From contig CANTAQ010000001.1 in the NCBI GenBank assembly GCA_947651825.1, forward strand, positions 483,670 through 547,669: a stretch of 64,000 bases of DNA. The letters run 5' to 3'. The stretch comes from an uncultured Clostridium sp. (GTDB lineage Bacteria > Bacillota > Clostridia > TANB77 > CAG-508). The notes beneath the pieces are model-generated. The model searched no databases. It was given only the letters and a program-made list of their open reading frames with translations, and was not told where the DNA came from. The position numbers and the translations under genes were made by a program. This document shows, piece after piece, positions 1 through 9,970 of this stretch. Each line of letters begins with the position of its first letter. The first letter of the stretch is position 1.

Positions 1-85
1 TGATGTTATATTTGTTACATAACCTAATATTAGACATAATAAAATTAGTATTATACTTTTTTTAAAATTTTTTCTTATAAATTTC

Positions 86-120
86 AAAATGGTCACCCTA
101 TCTTTAGGGTAACCATTTTT
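86..120 (-). terminator. Intrinsic terminator after the Tad-like locus
   Basis: Inverted repeat AAAATGGTCACCCTA-tctt-TAGGGTAACCATTTT flanked by A/T tracts, 40 nt past the stop at 160. Confidence 0.7.
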
Positions 121-159
121 TTGAAATTTATTTTAAATTGTTTAAACATATTTCAATTT

Positions 160-3135
160 TTAAATTTCTACATTTACTTTTATATCTGATAATTTGAAAT
201 ATCCTATACTACTACAATTATGACTATAATGGTCTGAGAAAAATCCGAATGTATTTGGATTCATTTGGCTAGCTGCAACAGGAATATCATATGTATTTGT
301 ACCTTTTGGACTTTCTACAGTTACTTTATATCCTGCATCTGTTATCTTTATATTCATTGTTCCTTTACTACTGCCTCCACTTGAACCTAAATCTATAGCT
401 TGTATAAGCTCTAACGATTCTACATTAGTTCCATTATTTCTTTTATTATATCTAAATTTGAATATTGCCCCATCTTTTCTTGCACTTGAAGAGAATTTTC
501 CTGCAAAGTTTACACTAAACATGTATCCTTCTAATGTATCGGATGTTTCTATTATATTAAACATTAAGCCTGCTGCATTAAAACTGTCTCCTCTTTGTAC
601 CTCATATTTAAAAGAAAATTCTGTAATTTTTGCAAATGTTGAATCTATTGTTGCCCAACAAGCACCTTTTCCTGGTCTTTTTGGGTTTCCAACCATTTCA
701 ACCTTAGATCCACTTTCTTCATCTTTTATTTCTATATTTGATATGCTTGTTTGATAATCCTTATTCCAACGTAAATTTCCTAAAGCAACTGTCCAAATTG
801 CATATAAATCTACACTTTCTTCAAATACGTCCTTTGCTCCCGCATCATATGCTGCTACTGTTGAACTTGGATCTTTTGACCATCCTACACATCTATACTT
901 TAGATATGGATCACTTGTTGTTGCTACTGGAATCTTTGTTGTTATTTGTGTCATTTCATTTGGCATTGCTTCTTGGTCTTCTGGCATGTTTGATACTCCT
1001 GTTATTATTCCTAGTGATACTGCTCTTGCTGGTACATTTTCGTGATATCTTATCATTATTCCTAAGTCTGCTGCTAGTTCTACATTTTGATAGTATCTTT
1101 CCCTTGCTAATGCTTCTTTATATGCCTTTACTTGAACGTTTTTTATATCTTTTTCTGCCTGTGTTGTTGCTGTTTTTGCTATTGTTCTTTCATAGTTTGC
1201 CTTATTTACTATACATTCATAACATGCAAGTTCTGAATTTTTGTTTAATGCTCTTGGTGTTGCCTGCTGATCATGTTGATAATAATATGTTATTGTTTTA
1301 TCCTTATTTTCATTTGTTCTTAATGTATATTCTACACTTCTATACCCTGTATATCCTTCTTCTATATCTTTCGTTGTTATTTTTGTACAATATGGTCTAT
1401 GATATAATTGAGATTTACAACTAAAGAATATTCCATCTGGGTCTACATAGTCTCTATTTAGTGAGCTTGTTGCTATTGCATAATTATTGTATGTTTTTAA
1501 TCCTATTGGTACTCCCTGAAAAAATGCTATCATTGAAAGATTTTTAAATACTTGATCCCAATCTAATCTTGAAAGTACGGGTAGTTTATATTCATTTACA
1601 CTATTTCTTGAATAATTTGATATTGATAAATTTAAGTTTGAATTTATACTATCTATCATTATGTTTCTTTTATGTTCCCATATTGTAGATCCTTCTACTT
1701 CCATATCATTTTCTTTTGTTATTACAAATATGTCTCTCAATGTTTCTGTTGCATTTTTGTATTGTTTTGTTTCTTCGTCATATACTATTTTTGTTTGGAT
1801 TATTTCTCCTCCTAGTCTATTTTTCATCCAGTTTGTAAATGCATATGCTTCTACATAATAACTTATTGCACTGTAATCTACATATATTGGACTAAATCCA
1901 AACTTATATGCTGTTTCTTTAAACTCTGTGTCTATTATTTCTACTCCTGGTCCTACTTCTGTTACTTTTTTTGAATCCTCTTTTATTCCTATATACCATT
2001 TTCCTTTATCTCTTCCATTTAAGGCTTGGTATAATTTTTTATATGTACTATCACTTGTTAGTACTGATACTGATTTAAATCTACATCCATTATCTCCTGC
2101 TTTTATATCTTCTGAACTTGATAAAAAACTCTTTTCTCTATTATGATTTAATGTGAAAAATCTATCTGTTTCTCCATCATAATATAGCTTCTCATTTGTT
2201 ATATCATATATATACATGAATGTACCTAATACATCCTTACCTGAATTATTCCTATATGATATTTGCTCTGTTAATATCTCTGGTTCTATATTTGAATCGA
2301 AGTATTTTGTTTCATCTATTCTTGTATTTACTGTTATTCCCTTCTCATCCTTTGCTCCTGGACTTACCGTAATTCGTGGCATTTTACATGTGGCATTATC
2401 AAAATATACTAAGTTTCCTTGCTCTTGTATATCTTTTACTCCATCTTTTCCATATATATATATTCTATTATCTAATGTATAATTTATTGTTACATTTACT
2501 GTTCCTTTTTTATATGTTCCTGAATATGCTATTTGATTACTTAATGAATGTTTATATGCCTTTTGGGCTTGTGCTGCATCTGTTGTAAATGTATAGTTTT
2601 TCTTTATCTCTTTTCCTGTTTCATCTACATATGTATAATTTGCATTTCTTACACTTGTTGCTCCACTTGCTGGTTTATATGCTACATCATTTAAGGCTCC
2701 ACTTGCTGAATACTCTGTTGTTAATTCTGTTCCATTAAAGTATAACTGTACTCCCTGCTCTGTCTCTAATACGTCTGATACATATGCTGGTGAATAGATA
2801 TAATACCCACTATACATCGTCACTGCTACTGCTGGCACATAGTTTACCATATATTCTTTCGATGTTCCTGATATATTTAAATTATTTGCTAAACTTGTTA
2901 AAAATGTATTTACACTTGCGGTTACATTTCTTCTTTCTTCTCCTTTTTTTTCTCTCCAGTTTACTGTATTTATCTCATATGCTCTTATTCCCTCTTTTAC
3001 TGATGATGATAGTTTTGCATTATATTCAGATTGCTTTTTTAGGGTGTCTTCTTGCAACTTTAGATAATACCCTAATATCATCAATATTGGTAATATTATT
3101 ACTAAAAATATTATTGCTAGGTTTTGTATTTTCAT
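160..3135 (-). CDS. Large N-terminally anchored surface protein, last gene of Tad-like locus (possible adhesin; InlB B-repeat-like and lectin-like C-terminal domains)
   Basis: 991 aa ORF; N-terminal hydrophobic helix; segment 'Y.C.GWSKDP...YDAGA......VDLYAIW' resembles an InlB B/Flg_new repeat; beta-rich C-terminus. Confidence 0.6.
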   Translation of the reverse strand: MKIQNLAIIFLVIILPILMILGYYLKLQEDTLKKQSEYNAKLSSSVKEGIRAYEINTVNWREKKGEERRNVTASVNTFLTSLANNLNISGTSKEYMVNYVPAVAVTMYSGYYIYSPAYVSDVLETEQGVQLYFNGTELTTEYSASGALNDVAYKPASGATSVRNANYTYVDETGKEIKKNYTFTTDAAQAQKAYKHSLSNQIAYSGTYKKGTVNVTINYTLDNRIYIYGKDGVKDIQEQGNLVYFDNATCKMPRITVSPGAKDEKGITVNTRIDETKYFDSNIEPEILTEQISYRNNSGKDVLGTFMYIYDITNEKLYYDGETDRFFTLNHNREKSFLSSSEDIKAGDNGCRFKSVSVLTSDSTYKKLYQALNGRDKGKWYIGIKEDSKKVTEVGPGVEIIDTEFKETAYKFGFSPIYVDYSAISYYVEAYAFTNWMKNRLGGEIIQTKIVYDEETKQYKNATETLRDIFVITKENDMEVEGSTIWEHKRNIMIDSINSNLNLSISNYSRNSVNEYKLPVLSRLDWDQVFKNLSMIAFFQGVPIGLKTYNNYAIATSSLNRDYVDPDGIFFSCKSQLYHRPYCTKITTKDIEEGYTGYRSVEYTLRTNENKDKTITYYYQHDQQATPRALNKNSELACYECIVNKANYERTIAKTATTQAEKDIKNVQVKAYKEALARERYYQNVELAADLGIMIRYHENVPARAVSLGIITGVSNMPEDQEAMPNEMTQITTKIPVATTSDPYLKYRCVGWSKDPSSTVAAYDAGAKDVFEESVDLYAIWTVALGNLRWNKDYQTSISNIEIKDEESGSKVEMVGNPKRPGKGACWATIDSTFAKITEFSFKYEVQRGDSFNAAGLMFNIIETSDTLEGYMFSVNFAGKFSSSARKDGAIFKFRYNKRNNGTNVESLELIQAIDLGSSGGSSKGTMNIKITDAGYKVTVESPKGTNTYDIPVAASQMNPNTFGFFSDHYSHNCSSIGYFKLSDIKVNVEI

Positions 3136-3168
3136 CCTTCAATAATCGTTCCTTTCGTTAATAAAATA

Positions 3169-4665
3169 TTAGAAATGTATTTCTATTTTTGCTTCATCTA
3201 AAATATCTAATCCCCCTAATCTTATAGCCAAACTTTGTAATACCAGCCAATATCCTCTTGAATCCTTTGATATAAGTGAATCAAATTCACTCGTAATCTC
3301 TATTGTTCTATTAACAGGCCCTGTTATTTTCAATGTTAATGGATTTGCTTTTGAGATTTCTGTCACATCTTCTAAAAAAATCTTGCCATCTTCTGAGTGT
3401 ACTGTTTTTTCTTCATCTGTAGTAATTTCTGATTTAACTTCATTTAATATTCTCATTAAACCATTAGCATCATTTACTACTATACTATATTTTGAAGGGT
3501 TAAGTACCATAGAATTTAATACATCTGTACTTGTTTGCATTCCTATACCAACAGCATAAACTGTTGCGCCTTGCTCAATAATTAATTTGTTTGCATAACC
3601 ACTCATATTTCCATTATGTGTTATACAATATGAACTATTAAAAGCTTTTTGACCATCTGTCATATATATTACAACATTTGGATTGTCATTTATGTCCTTG
3701 TTTCTTTTTATACATTTCAAAGCATCTTCAAACCCTAAGTCATAATTTTCATATGATTGGAAAGCTGGATTATATGAATATAATTTCGATTCATAACCAA
3801 CTGTTAAAAAAGTATTTACTTCTCCTCTTGTATTTAATCCTGGATTTGTCATTATTTGAGATGTTGTTCCAAAACACACTACATTTATTATTGGATTTTT
3901 AGGTTTACTTGTTTCTGGTAGTTCTATCGCTTGTAAAAAAGTTTTTACACTGCTTCTAACCATTCCCATTCTACTACTTGGTCCATCTCCCATACTTCCT
4001 GTACAATCTATTACAAATGTTACATTAGCTGATATAGTTTCAGTATTTGTTATATATATGGTTATATCCTTATTTATTGGCTTTGGATATACTGTTTTTC
4101 CTCCTGGAGTTCCCAATTCTATTGTTTCATCTCCACTATTAGATACAAGTGCAGCTGATGACGCACTTATTGTATATGCATCCTTTCCAATTATTTTATA
4201 AAACATATTTTTAAATTGTGTTCCAATTGTTACATTTGTATTTTTTACAGTCACTATAATATAGTCATCTTTCTTTAAATTGTATTCTCCATTTTCACCT
4301 TTGTTTATTTTCTCTGCTATTTTACTTGTTATATTTTCTGTATATACTGAATAATATAAGTTTTCTCCTTTTATTGTTTTATCTGTAGTTACTGTTTTTC
4401 TTTCTGGGTTATCATCTAGCACTTGTAATTCAATTTGTATATCAAAACTATTTCCTGTTGCAGTAATCTTTTGTACTAAATCATTATAATCAAATTGAGT
4501 TACTTTTCCTTTTTCTGATATCGTATTTACAAAATCAGCCAATGCTGTTTCTACTGTTGTTTGTGCTATTTCATCATGTTGACTTGCTATTGCTACTACT
4601 GGGAAAATGAACATTATTAAGACTGCTAAAAATATTCCTATTATCTCCATTAGTGTATCTGTCAT
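3169..4665 (-). CDS. Pilin-like N-domain fused to a VWA domain (TadG-like tip protein)
   Basis: N-terminal TM; MIDAS-like 'VTFVIDCTGSM' and 'VIYMTDG'; N-terminal ~175 aa paralogous to 4750..5277. Confidence 0.75.
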   Translation of the reverse strand: MTDTLMEIIGIFLAVLIMFIFPVVAIASQHDEIAQTTVETALADFVNTISEKGKVTQFDYNDLVQKITATGNSFDIQIELQVLDDNPERKTVTTDKTIKGENLYYSVYTENITSKIAEKINKGENGEYNLKKDDYIIVTVKNTNVTIGTQFKNMFYKIIGKDAYTISASSAALVSNSGDETIELGTPGGKTVYPKPINKDITIYITNTETISANVTFVIDCTGSMGDGPSSRMGMVRSSVKTFLQAIELPETSKPKNPIINVVCFGTTSQIMTNPGLNTRGEVNTFLTVGYESKLYSYNPAFQSYENYDLGFEDALKCIKRNKDINDNPNVVIYMTDGQKAFNSSYCITHNGNMSGYANKLIIEQGATVYAVGIGMQTSTDVLNSMVLNPSKYSIVVNDANGLMRILNEVKSEITTDEEKTVHSEDGKIFLEDVTEISKANPLTLKITGPVNRTIEITSEFDSLISKDSRGYWLVLQSLAIRLGGLDILDEAKIEIHF

Positions 4666-4702
4666 AAAAAAACCTCATTCACTTTTTATTTTTTATAATA
4701 TA

Positions 4703-4731
4703 TATGGGCTTGTTTTATACAATGCCCATAT
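4703..4731 (-). terminator. Weak intergenic hairpin inside the Tad-like locus
   Basis: ATATGGGC...GCCCATAT inverted repeat. Confidence 0.4.
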
Positions 4732-4749
4732 TTTTAACTTTATTTAGTT

Positions 4750-5277
4750 TTATTTCACTCCTGTTACTGAAACTAAGGCAGCAGCATTTACATCTATAGT
4801 TGCTGTTCTCTTTCCTACTATTTGATAGAAAAATTGTTGTAATTGTTTTCCTAATGTTACATTTGTATTTTTTACAGATACTATAAAATAGTCTCCTTTT
4901 TTTAACATATATTGCCCATCTGAATTTAGAGTACCTAAAATTGTATTATTATATTCTGTATGGCTTATATTTTCTCCTATTACATTTAATGCTGTTGTTG
5001 CTGACCCCTTTACACCTGGATTATCTCCAAAAACTTGAACTTGCATGTCTATTTCAAATTTATTTCCTGTTGAATCTAATGCTTGTACAAATTCATTATA
5101 ATCTTCAGAAGTAATTTTCCCTTGGCTAGCTTCCTTGTTTACAAATTCTTCAACTAACGCTTTTGTTGCACTCTCTGCAATCTTATCATTTTGATTTGCT
5201 GTAAATACACTTGGTACCATAAACATTAGTATAAGTATTGTTGTAACTGTTATAATTGTTATTAATGTGTTTGACAT
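4750..5277 (-). CDS. Pilin-like/TadE-like membrane protein
   Basis: 175 aa; N-terminal TM; shares 'TGN.F.I', 'DNP' and 'LKK.DY.IV.VKNTNVT.G.Q...FY.I.GK' with 3169..4665. Confidence 0.65.
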   Translation of the reverse strand: MSNTLITIITVTTILILMFMVPSVFTANQNDKIAESATKALVEEFVNKEASQGKITSEDYNEFVQALDSTGNKFEIDMQVQVFGDNPGVKGSATTALNVIGENISHTEYNNTILGTLNSDGQYMLKKGDYFIVSVKNTNVTLGKQLQQFFYQIVGKRTATIDVNAAALVSVTGVK

Positions 5278-5299
5278 ATTATTTTACCTCCATTTTTAA

Positions 5300-5830
5300 T
5301 TATTTTCGTGTATATGTTACAATAACTTTATTTTCTCCTTGTGTAATTTGTAATTTTGTTCCATCGTCTCCCATTACATATTCTCCTCCAAGGCTTCCTT
5401 TGTTAGTTACTTCTACAATATTTTCATAATATGTATCTCTATCATTTAGTTGTTCATTTACAAAATTTATTAAATAATTAGCATTTGCAACTTCATTTGT
5501 GTCTATTACTGTTTTTACTCCATTTCTTATTTCAGTTACTTTTCCTGTATAATTAAATATGTATTTTTGTGTTGAACTTTTATTTATAATTATAAAGGTA
5601 TCTGTTTGTTTTTTAAATAGACTTGCTATTATGGCATCTTTACTTACTTCTCTTCCTTTTTTTTGTTCTACACTTTCTACCCATTCATAATAATTGGTTT
5701 TGTCTGAGTACCATAATATACTGTCTGCTGCATCTTTTGCATTTGTGAAAGAGTGCATTGTTATGGATAGTGCTACGACAAATACAAATACTGCAAAAGC
5801 TAACTTTAAGGCATCTGCTGCATTTTCCAC
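5300..5830 (-). CDS. MENA-type pilin-like protein
   Basis: Likely GTG start at 5830 after an AAGGAGGAGGG RBS, giving MENAADALKLAFAVFVFVVALS; single N-terminal hydrophobic helix. Confidence 0.65.
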   Translation of the reverse strand: MENAADALKLAFAVFVFVVALSITMHSFTNAKDAADSILWYSDKTNYYEWVESVEQKKGREVSKDAIIASLFKKQTDTFIIINKSSTQKYIFNYTGKVTEIRNGVKTVIDTNEVANANYLINFVNEQLNDRDTYYENIVEVTNKGSLGGEYVMGDDGTKLQITQGENKVIVTYTRK

Positions 5831-5863
5831 AACGTATCCCTCCTCCTTCAATTAAAAAATGAG

Positions 5864-5915
5864 TTATCCTCAACCTAAAGTATAATTTTTGTATTATGCT
5901 CTAGGTTCAGGATAA
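5864..5915 (-). promoter_or_regulatory. Long intergenic stem-loop downstream of the putative major pilin (mRNA stabiliser or attenuator)
   Basis: ~23 bp imperfect stem on the mRNA strand: TTATCCTGAACCTAGAGCATAAT / ATTATACTTTAGGTTGAGGATAA. Confidence 0.6.
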
Positions 5916-5959
5916 GCATATAGCTTATCCGAATTTTATTTTAGTTATATTATTCGCTT

Positions 5960-6346
5960 TTACTTTCCGCTTTTACTTTCTGCTTTTATATGTATTGTTC
6001 CTATATATCCAGTATCAGCATAGTCAACATCTACTGTGTATTTTGTAGATGATTTTAATTGTCTATTTATATCGCTAGGATCTAATGTGATTGGATGATC
6101 AGGATCATTAGCATTGCTAGAGTTTACTGCTGAAACTAATGAACGAATTTGACTAGCAGATTGTCCACTTCCTACATATGGTGTAAATTTTGAATTAAAT
6201 GTTCTTATTGCCATATCTGCTGCACTTTTTGAAACAGAATCTGTTGTATCGTCTGTTGAATTCATAATTAAAACACCCACACTTATTAGCAAAATTGAAA
6301 TTAATATAGCACCTGCTATAATTAACGCCTTTGACGCATTTTCCAT
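5960..6346 (-). CDS. MENA-type pilin-like protein, candidate major subunit
   Basis: 128 aa MENASKALIIAGAILISILLISVG; strong GGAGGTG RBS; own upstream promoter and downstream hairpin. Confidence 0.7.
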   Translation of the reverse strand: MENASKALIIAGAILISILLISVGVLIMNSTDDTTDSVSKSAADMAIRTFNSKFTPYVGSGQSASQIRSLVSAVNSSNANDPDHPITLDPSDINRQLKSSTKYTVDVDYADTGYIGTIHIKAESKSGK

Positions 6347-6444
6347 TTGCTTTCACCTCCTTAGTATCTTTATCATTATTTTTTTCTTTATTTGTAATCT
6401 GGAAATTTCTTTGCCAGAATGTTAAAAACATAATTAATAATTTT

Positions 6445-6472
6445 ATTATATCATATTTTGTATCTTTTTCAA
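6445..6472 (-). promoter_or_regulatory. Internal sigma-A-type promoter for 5960..6346
   Basis: On the - strand: TTGAAA-16 nt-TATAAT with extended -10 (TGaTATAAT). Confidence 0.55.
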
Positions 6473-6512
6473 ATATTTTGTCTATTCTTTTTGTTTATTT
6501 TTCTAGATTTTT

Positions 6513-6947
6513 TTAATATTCTAATTGTTCAAAAATCATCTTACTCACTTTGCCAGTTTTTCTGTGATATTCAATAGATGTACATTTAAATTTTATCAAA
6601 TTAAAATTTTTTAAAAATTGGTTCATATCATGATTATTTATTTCTTCCATTGTATATGTCTTTTCTACTGTAATCATTTTCAATTCAATTTTTATACTGT
6701 CCTTGTTATTATCAATATAATATCCTTTTTCATCTTTTTCTACACCATTTTTTTCATTCTCATTTATTGCTTTATTCATAAGAGATGTAACATCTGTTCC
6801 GTATATTTCTTTTCCTAAATAATATTCATATTCCTTATTGCCCTTATGTACTGCTTCAGTTGTTGTTTTTAAATTCATAGCTAGTCCAATTGCTGAAATT
6901 AGCATTATGAGTATGGGTATAAATATTAACAGTATTAATTTTTTCAT
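6513..6947 (-). CDS. Pilin-like paralog
   Basis: ATG at 6947 after GGAGG; N-terminal TM; shares 'YG.DV.....NKA' and 'F.C..I.Y....G.V..M.F' with 7457..7861. Confidence 0.6.
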   Translation of the reverse strand: MKKLILLIFIPILIMLISAIGLAMNLKTTTEAVHKGNKEYEYYLGKEIYGTDVTSLMNKAINENEKNGVEKDEKGYYIDNNKDSIKIELKMITVEKTYTMEEINNHDMNQFLKNFNLIKFKCTSIEYHRKTGKVSKMIFEQLEY

Positions 6948-6976
6948 ACACTCCTCCAAATCTAACTAAAGCATAT

Positions 6977-7441
6977 TTAATTTTCTTTGAATGCAATTTC
7001 ACATATTTTTCCTTCTTCATCATATTTAATAGAATCTGTTACATATGAAAAAGTATTTTGTTTTCTTGTTCCACTAGCATCTTTAACTGTTGTGACTATA
7101 TGATCACTCAAAAATTGTGTTATTTTTGCCTCATCCCAAGCTGTTAGATTGTTATTACCTGTTACTGCTCCAGTTTTTGTTTTTACAAATACAGCTATAG
7201 CATTATCTCTTTGTTGAGATAAACTAACTAGTGATACAATTTCTTGTGCAACAACATTTGTTCTTCCTTCATATACTTGAAAAGTACTATTGTATTTATT
7301 TAATTCTACTGTAGACCACCTTGTTGTTATTGCCTCTGCTGTGTCACTATGTGAAATGTAAATTGTTACTCCTATTGATAAAATTAGTATTGCTAATAAA
7401 ACTCCACCTGCAATCAATAATGCTTGTGTTGCATTCTCCAT
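6977..7441 (-). CDS. MENA-type pilin-like protein
   Basis: MENATQALLIAGGVLLAILILSIG N-terminus. Confidence 0.65.
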   Translation of the reverse strand: MENATQALLIAGGVLLAILILSIGVTIYISHSDTAEAITTRWSTVELNKYNSTFQVYEGRTNVVAQEIVSLVSLSQQRDNAIAVFVKTKTGAVTGNNNLTAWDEAKITQFLSDHIVTTVKDASGTRKQNTFSYVTDSIKYDEEGKICEIAFKEN

Positions 7442-7456
7442 ACCACCAAATCCTTT

Positions 7457-7861
7457 TTATTTTCTAATAAATTTAAACGTCATACGATCTACATATCCTG
7501 TATTTTCATTATAATGTATTTCTTCACATCTAAATATTGAAAGTTTATTTTCCACTAGTTCAGTATTCATATCTATTCCATTAACATATATTGTTACATG
7601 ATAAGGAGAATTATCACCAAATTCATGATTAACTTGTGCAGCTTTATTAACCACTGTAAGAACATCTGAACCATACATTACTTTTTTGTTGTATGCCTCC
7701 CATTCAGCATTCCAATTATTTATTTCTGCTTGTACTTCCTTGCTATCTTTAGCTTCCTCCATTCGTTGTATATTTCCAAACATAGCAACCATTAAACTTA
7801 AGGTTACTAATGCAAGTAATATTCCACCTGATATTAATATTGCTTTTGTTGCATTATCCAT
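7457..7861 (-). CDS. MENA-type pilin-like protein
   Basis: MDNATKAILISGGILLALVTLS N-terminus. Confidence 0.65.
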   Translation of the reverse strand: MDNATKAILISGGILLALVTLSLMVAMFGNIQRMEEAKDSKEVQAEINNWNAEWEAYNKKVMYGSDVLTVVNKAAQVNHEFGDNSPYHVTIYVNGIDMNTELVENKLSIFRCEEIHYNENTGYVDRMTFKFIRK

Positions 7862-7873
7862 ATCTTTCTCCTT

Positions 7874-9967
7874 TTATAATCCTGTTTGTAACATTGCAAA
7901 TGTGTCTCCCATTGATGATAATCCTATTATAATTAATGGAGCAATTAAGTATCCTACGAAAAGAATTACCATTGGTGCAAATCCTATTACCTTTCCATAC
8001 ATACCTTTTCTGCTTATTAATCTTTGGTTTGATTCTTCTCTCTTTGCTTGATAATATTCTCTTTCATTATCTAATTCATCAAATGCCTCAGAAATTGGTA
8101 TTTTTTCAACTGCTGATTGCATACTTTCAATTATTCTTATTAATTGTGGAAAAGCTATTTCTTCTTTTAATTGTTCTAACGCTTCCCATGCTCCAGCTTC
8201 ATAATTATTAACACATTTTGTAATTGGTTCCCTAAATATATTTGAATATCTTTCAATCCATTCTAACATCATTTCAACATTTACTCTCTCAATTTTCATT
8301 AGCATTAGTATAATTGTTTGATATTCCATTACTTCATTTTCCATTTCAAGCTTCCTCAATGTTTTCTGGAACATTAGTAACCATACTGGAACACAGTATC
8401 CTACATATCCAAACATAAATGCTAATAATAATTCAAACCATTTAAAGCCTTCATTATTAATTATTCCCAATTTACTATGAATTTTTTCTGCAGCAAGTTG
8501 TATTTCTGCATCTGTTGATTCTGCATAAAATTTTGAATTTTTATGTATATATGATGATATTTCTTCTACCGTTATTTTTTTATTTCCTTTTAGTTCTTTT
8601 ATAATAAGGTTTTGTGCTTCTGTAACCAACATTCCCTTCTTTTCATCAGACTCTGATAGAGAACCTAACGCATTATAATCTGCTGTTGGCTCAGTATACA
8701 CATAATCTACTGCTGTTTTATGTGCAAAGCTAAATAAAAACATTGTTACTATTGCAGTTGCTATACATATAACTATCTTATTTACATAGAAAGTTTGCAT
8801 TTTTTGCTTATATGCAGCTTCCTTCATCAATTTTGTCAGTACCCTATGTTGTTTAGTATTTTTCTTTGGTATAAATAAGTCTATTGCTTTTTTAGCTATT
8901 GGGTTATTGTATAGCTTCATTTGCCATACTTTATTTGGATCTTTATATTCATTTTTTATAGAACCTGTATCTTTTATTTTTCTTATTAATATGTATGAAA
9001 CAAATGTTAAAATTAATAAAGCAATTTGTACATATAATCCCAATTTTCCTTCATAAAATTGCTTTGTAAATCCGAAATTACCTACTGCCCAATTTTTAAG
9101 TGGTGACATAAACAAAACTGGTATAATTGCAATTATAGATAAACTCTGAAATACATAATCTAATTTGTCTCTTTTTAATATTTCCATTTGCATTTCTTGT
9201 GTTATATTATTTAAATTTTTTAAGTATAGTGATGAACCATTATCTAATGTTCTATCACCAAATTCTCTTGTTAAATATGATACTCCCGCAAATTCTTTTA
9301 AGTAACTGTTTGGAGCTACATCGTAATACTTTTCAAGTTCACTTTCTGGATCATCAGAAATTAATATTTCATATATTTTTTGCCCTTGTACAGATACTTC
9401 TAATTCGTCATTTTGTGAAACTTCATATATGGCTTCTTCTACCATGTTGTATTCATGATAAGCATGTCTTATTTCAGCAAAGAAGTCTACCTGTTGTTTT
9501 AATAATTTTGTATCTAATTTATCTATTGTACCTGTCATCAAAGTTTCTGTTAAGAATACTTCCATTAAAAGTAATATTACTCTTAGTAGCATATCTCCCT
9601 TTGTAAGCATTAATACGATTAATGTTAATGGAATTACAATACATATTGCCTTTGTTATTATTTGTGATGCTTGCTTTCTAGTTTTATACTCATCCTGCAT
9701 ATGTATGATTTCTAGTTTTCTTCTTATTTTCTTTAAGTATCTTTTTAGAAATGGTATTTTATTATATGTATTATATAACTTTTGGTATATTACATCTGCT
9801 GAATAATTCTTGCTTGATGTTCCCTCTCTTAGTTGTCTTATTCTTTTTCTATCACCTTTATCAAGTGCTTTTCGGATGATTAAATATGCAATTATAATTG
9901 CAACAAATCCTCCTCCAGCTATACCCATCAAGTAAAAAATTGCTTGATTACTCATTTGGCTTTTCAC
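7874..9967 (-). CDS. Multi-pass membrane platform protein (fused TadB/TadC-like)
   Basis: 697 aa with two blocks of TM pairs and cytoplasmic domains; directly downstream of the secretion ATPase. Confidence 0.6.
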   Translation of the reverse strand: MKSQMSNQAIFYLMGIAGGGFVAIIIAYLIIRKALDKGDRKRIRQLREGTSSKNYSADVIYQKLYNTYNKIPFLKRYLKKIRRKLEIIHMQDEYKTRKQASQIITKAICIVIPLTLIVLMLTKGDMLLRVILLLMEVFLTETLMTGTIDKLDTKLLKQQVDFFAEIRHAYHEYNMVEEAIYEVSQNDELEVSVQGQKIYEILISDDPESELEKYYDVAPNSYLKEFAGVSYLTREFGDRTLDNGSSLYLKNLNNITQEMQMEILKRDKLDYVFQSLSIIAIIPVLFMSPLKNWAVGNFGFTKQFYEGKLGLYVQIALLILTFVSYILIRKIKDTGSIKNEYKDPNKVWQMKLYNNPIAKKAIDLFIPKKNTKQHRVLTKLMKEAAYKQKMQTFYVNKIVICIATAIVTMFLFSFAHKTAVDYVYTEPTADYNALGSLSESDEKKGMLVTEAQNLIIKELKGNKKITVEEISSYIHKNSKFYAESTDAEIQLAAEKIHSKLGIINNEGFKWFELLLAFMFGYVGYCVPVWLLMFQKTLRKLEMENEVMEYQTIILMLMKIERVNVEMMLEWIERYSNIFREPITKCVNNYEAGAWEALEQLKEEIAFPQLIRIIESMQSAVEKIPISEAFDELDNEREYYQAKREESNQRLISRKGMYGKVIGFAPMVILFVGYLIAPLIIIGLSSMGDTFAMLQTGL

Positions 9968-9970
9968 CTC

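Noticed and set aside
458-3161. Many + strand ORFs in the track overlapping - strand genes, here and throughout the window
   Set aside because: Antisense shadows of AT-rich genes (Leu/Phe/Ile/Ser-rich, no RBS, no motifs).
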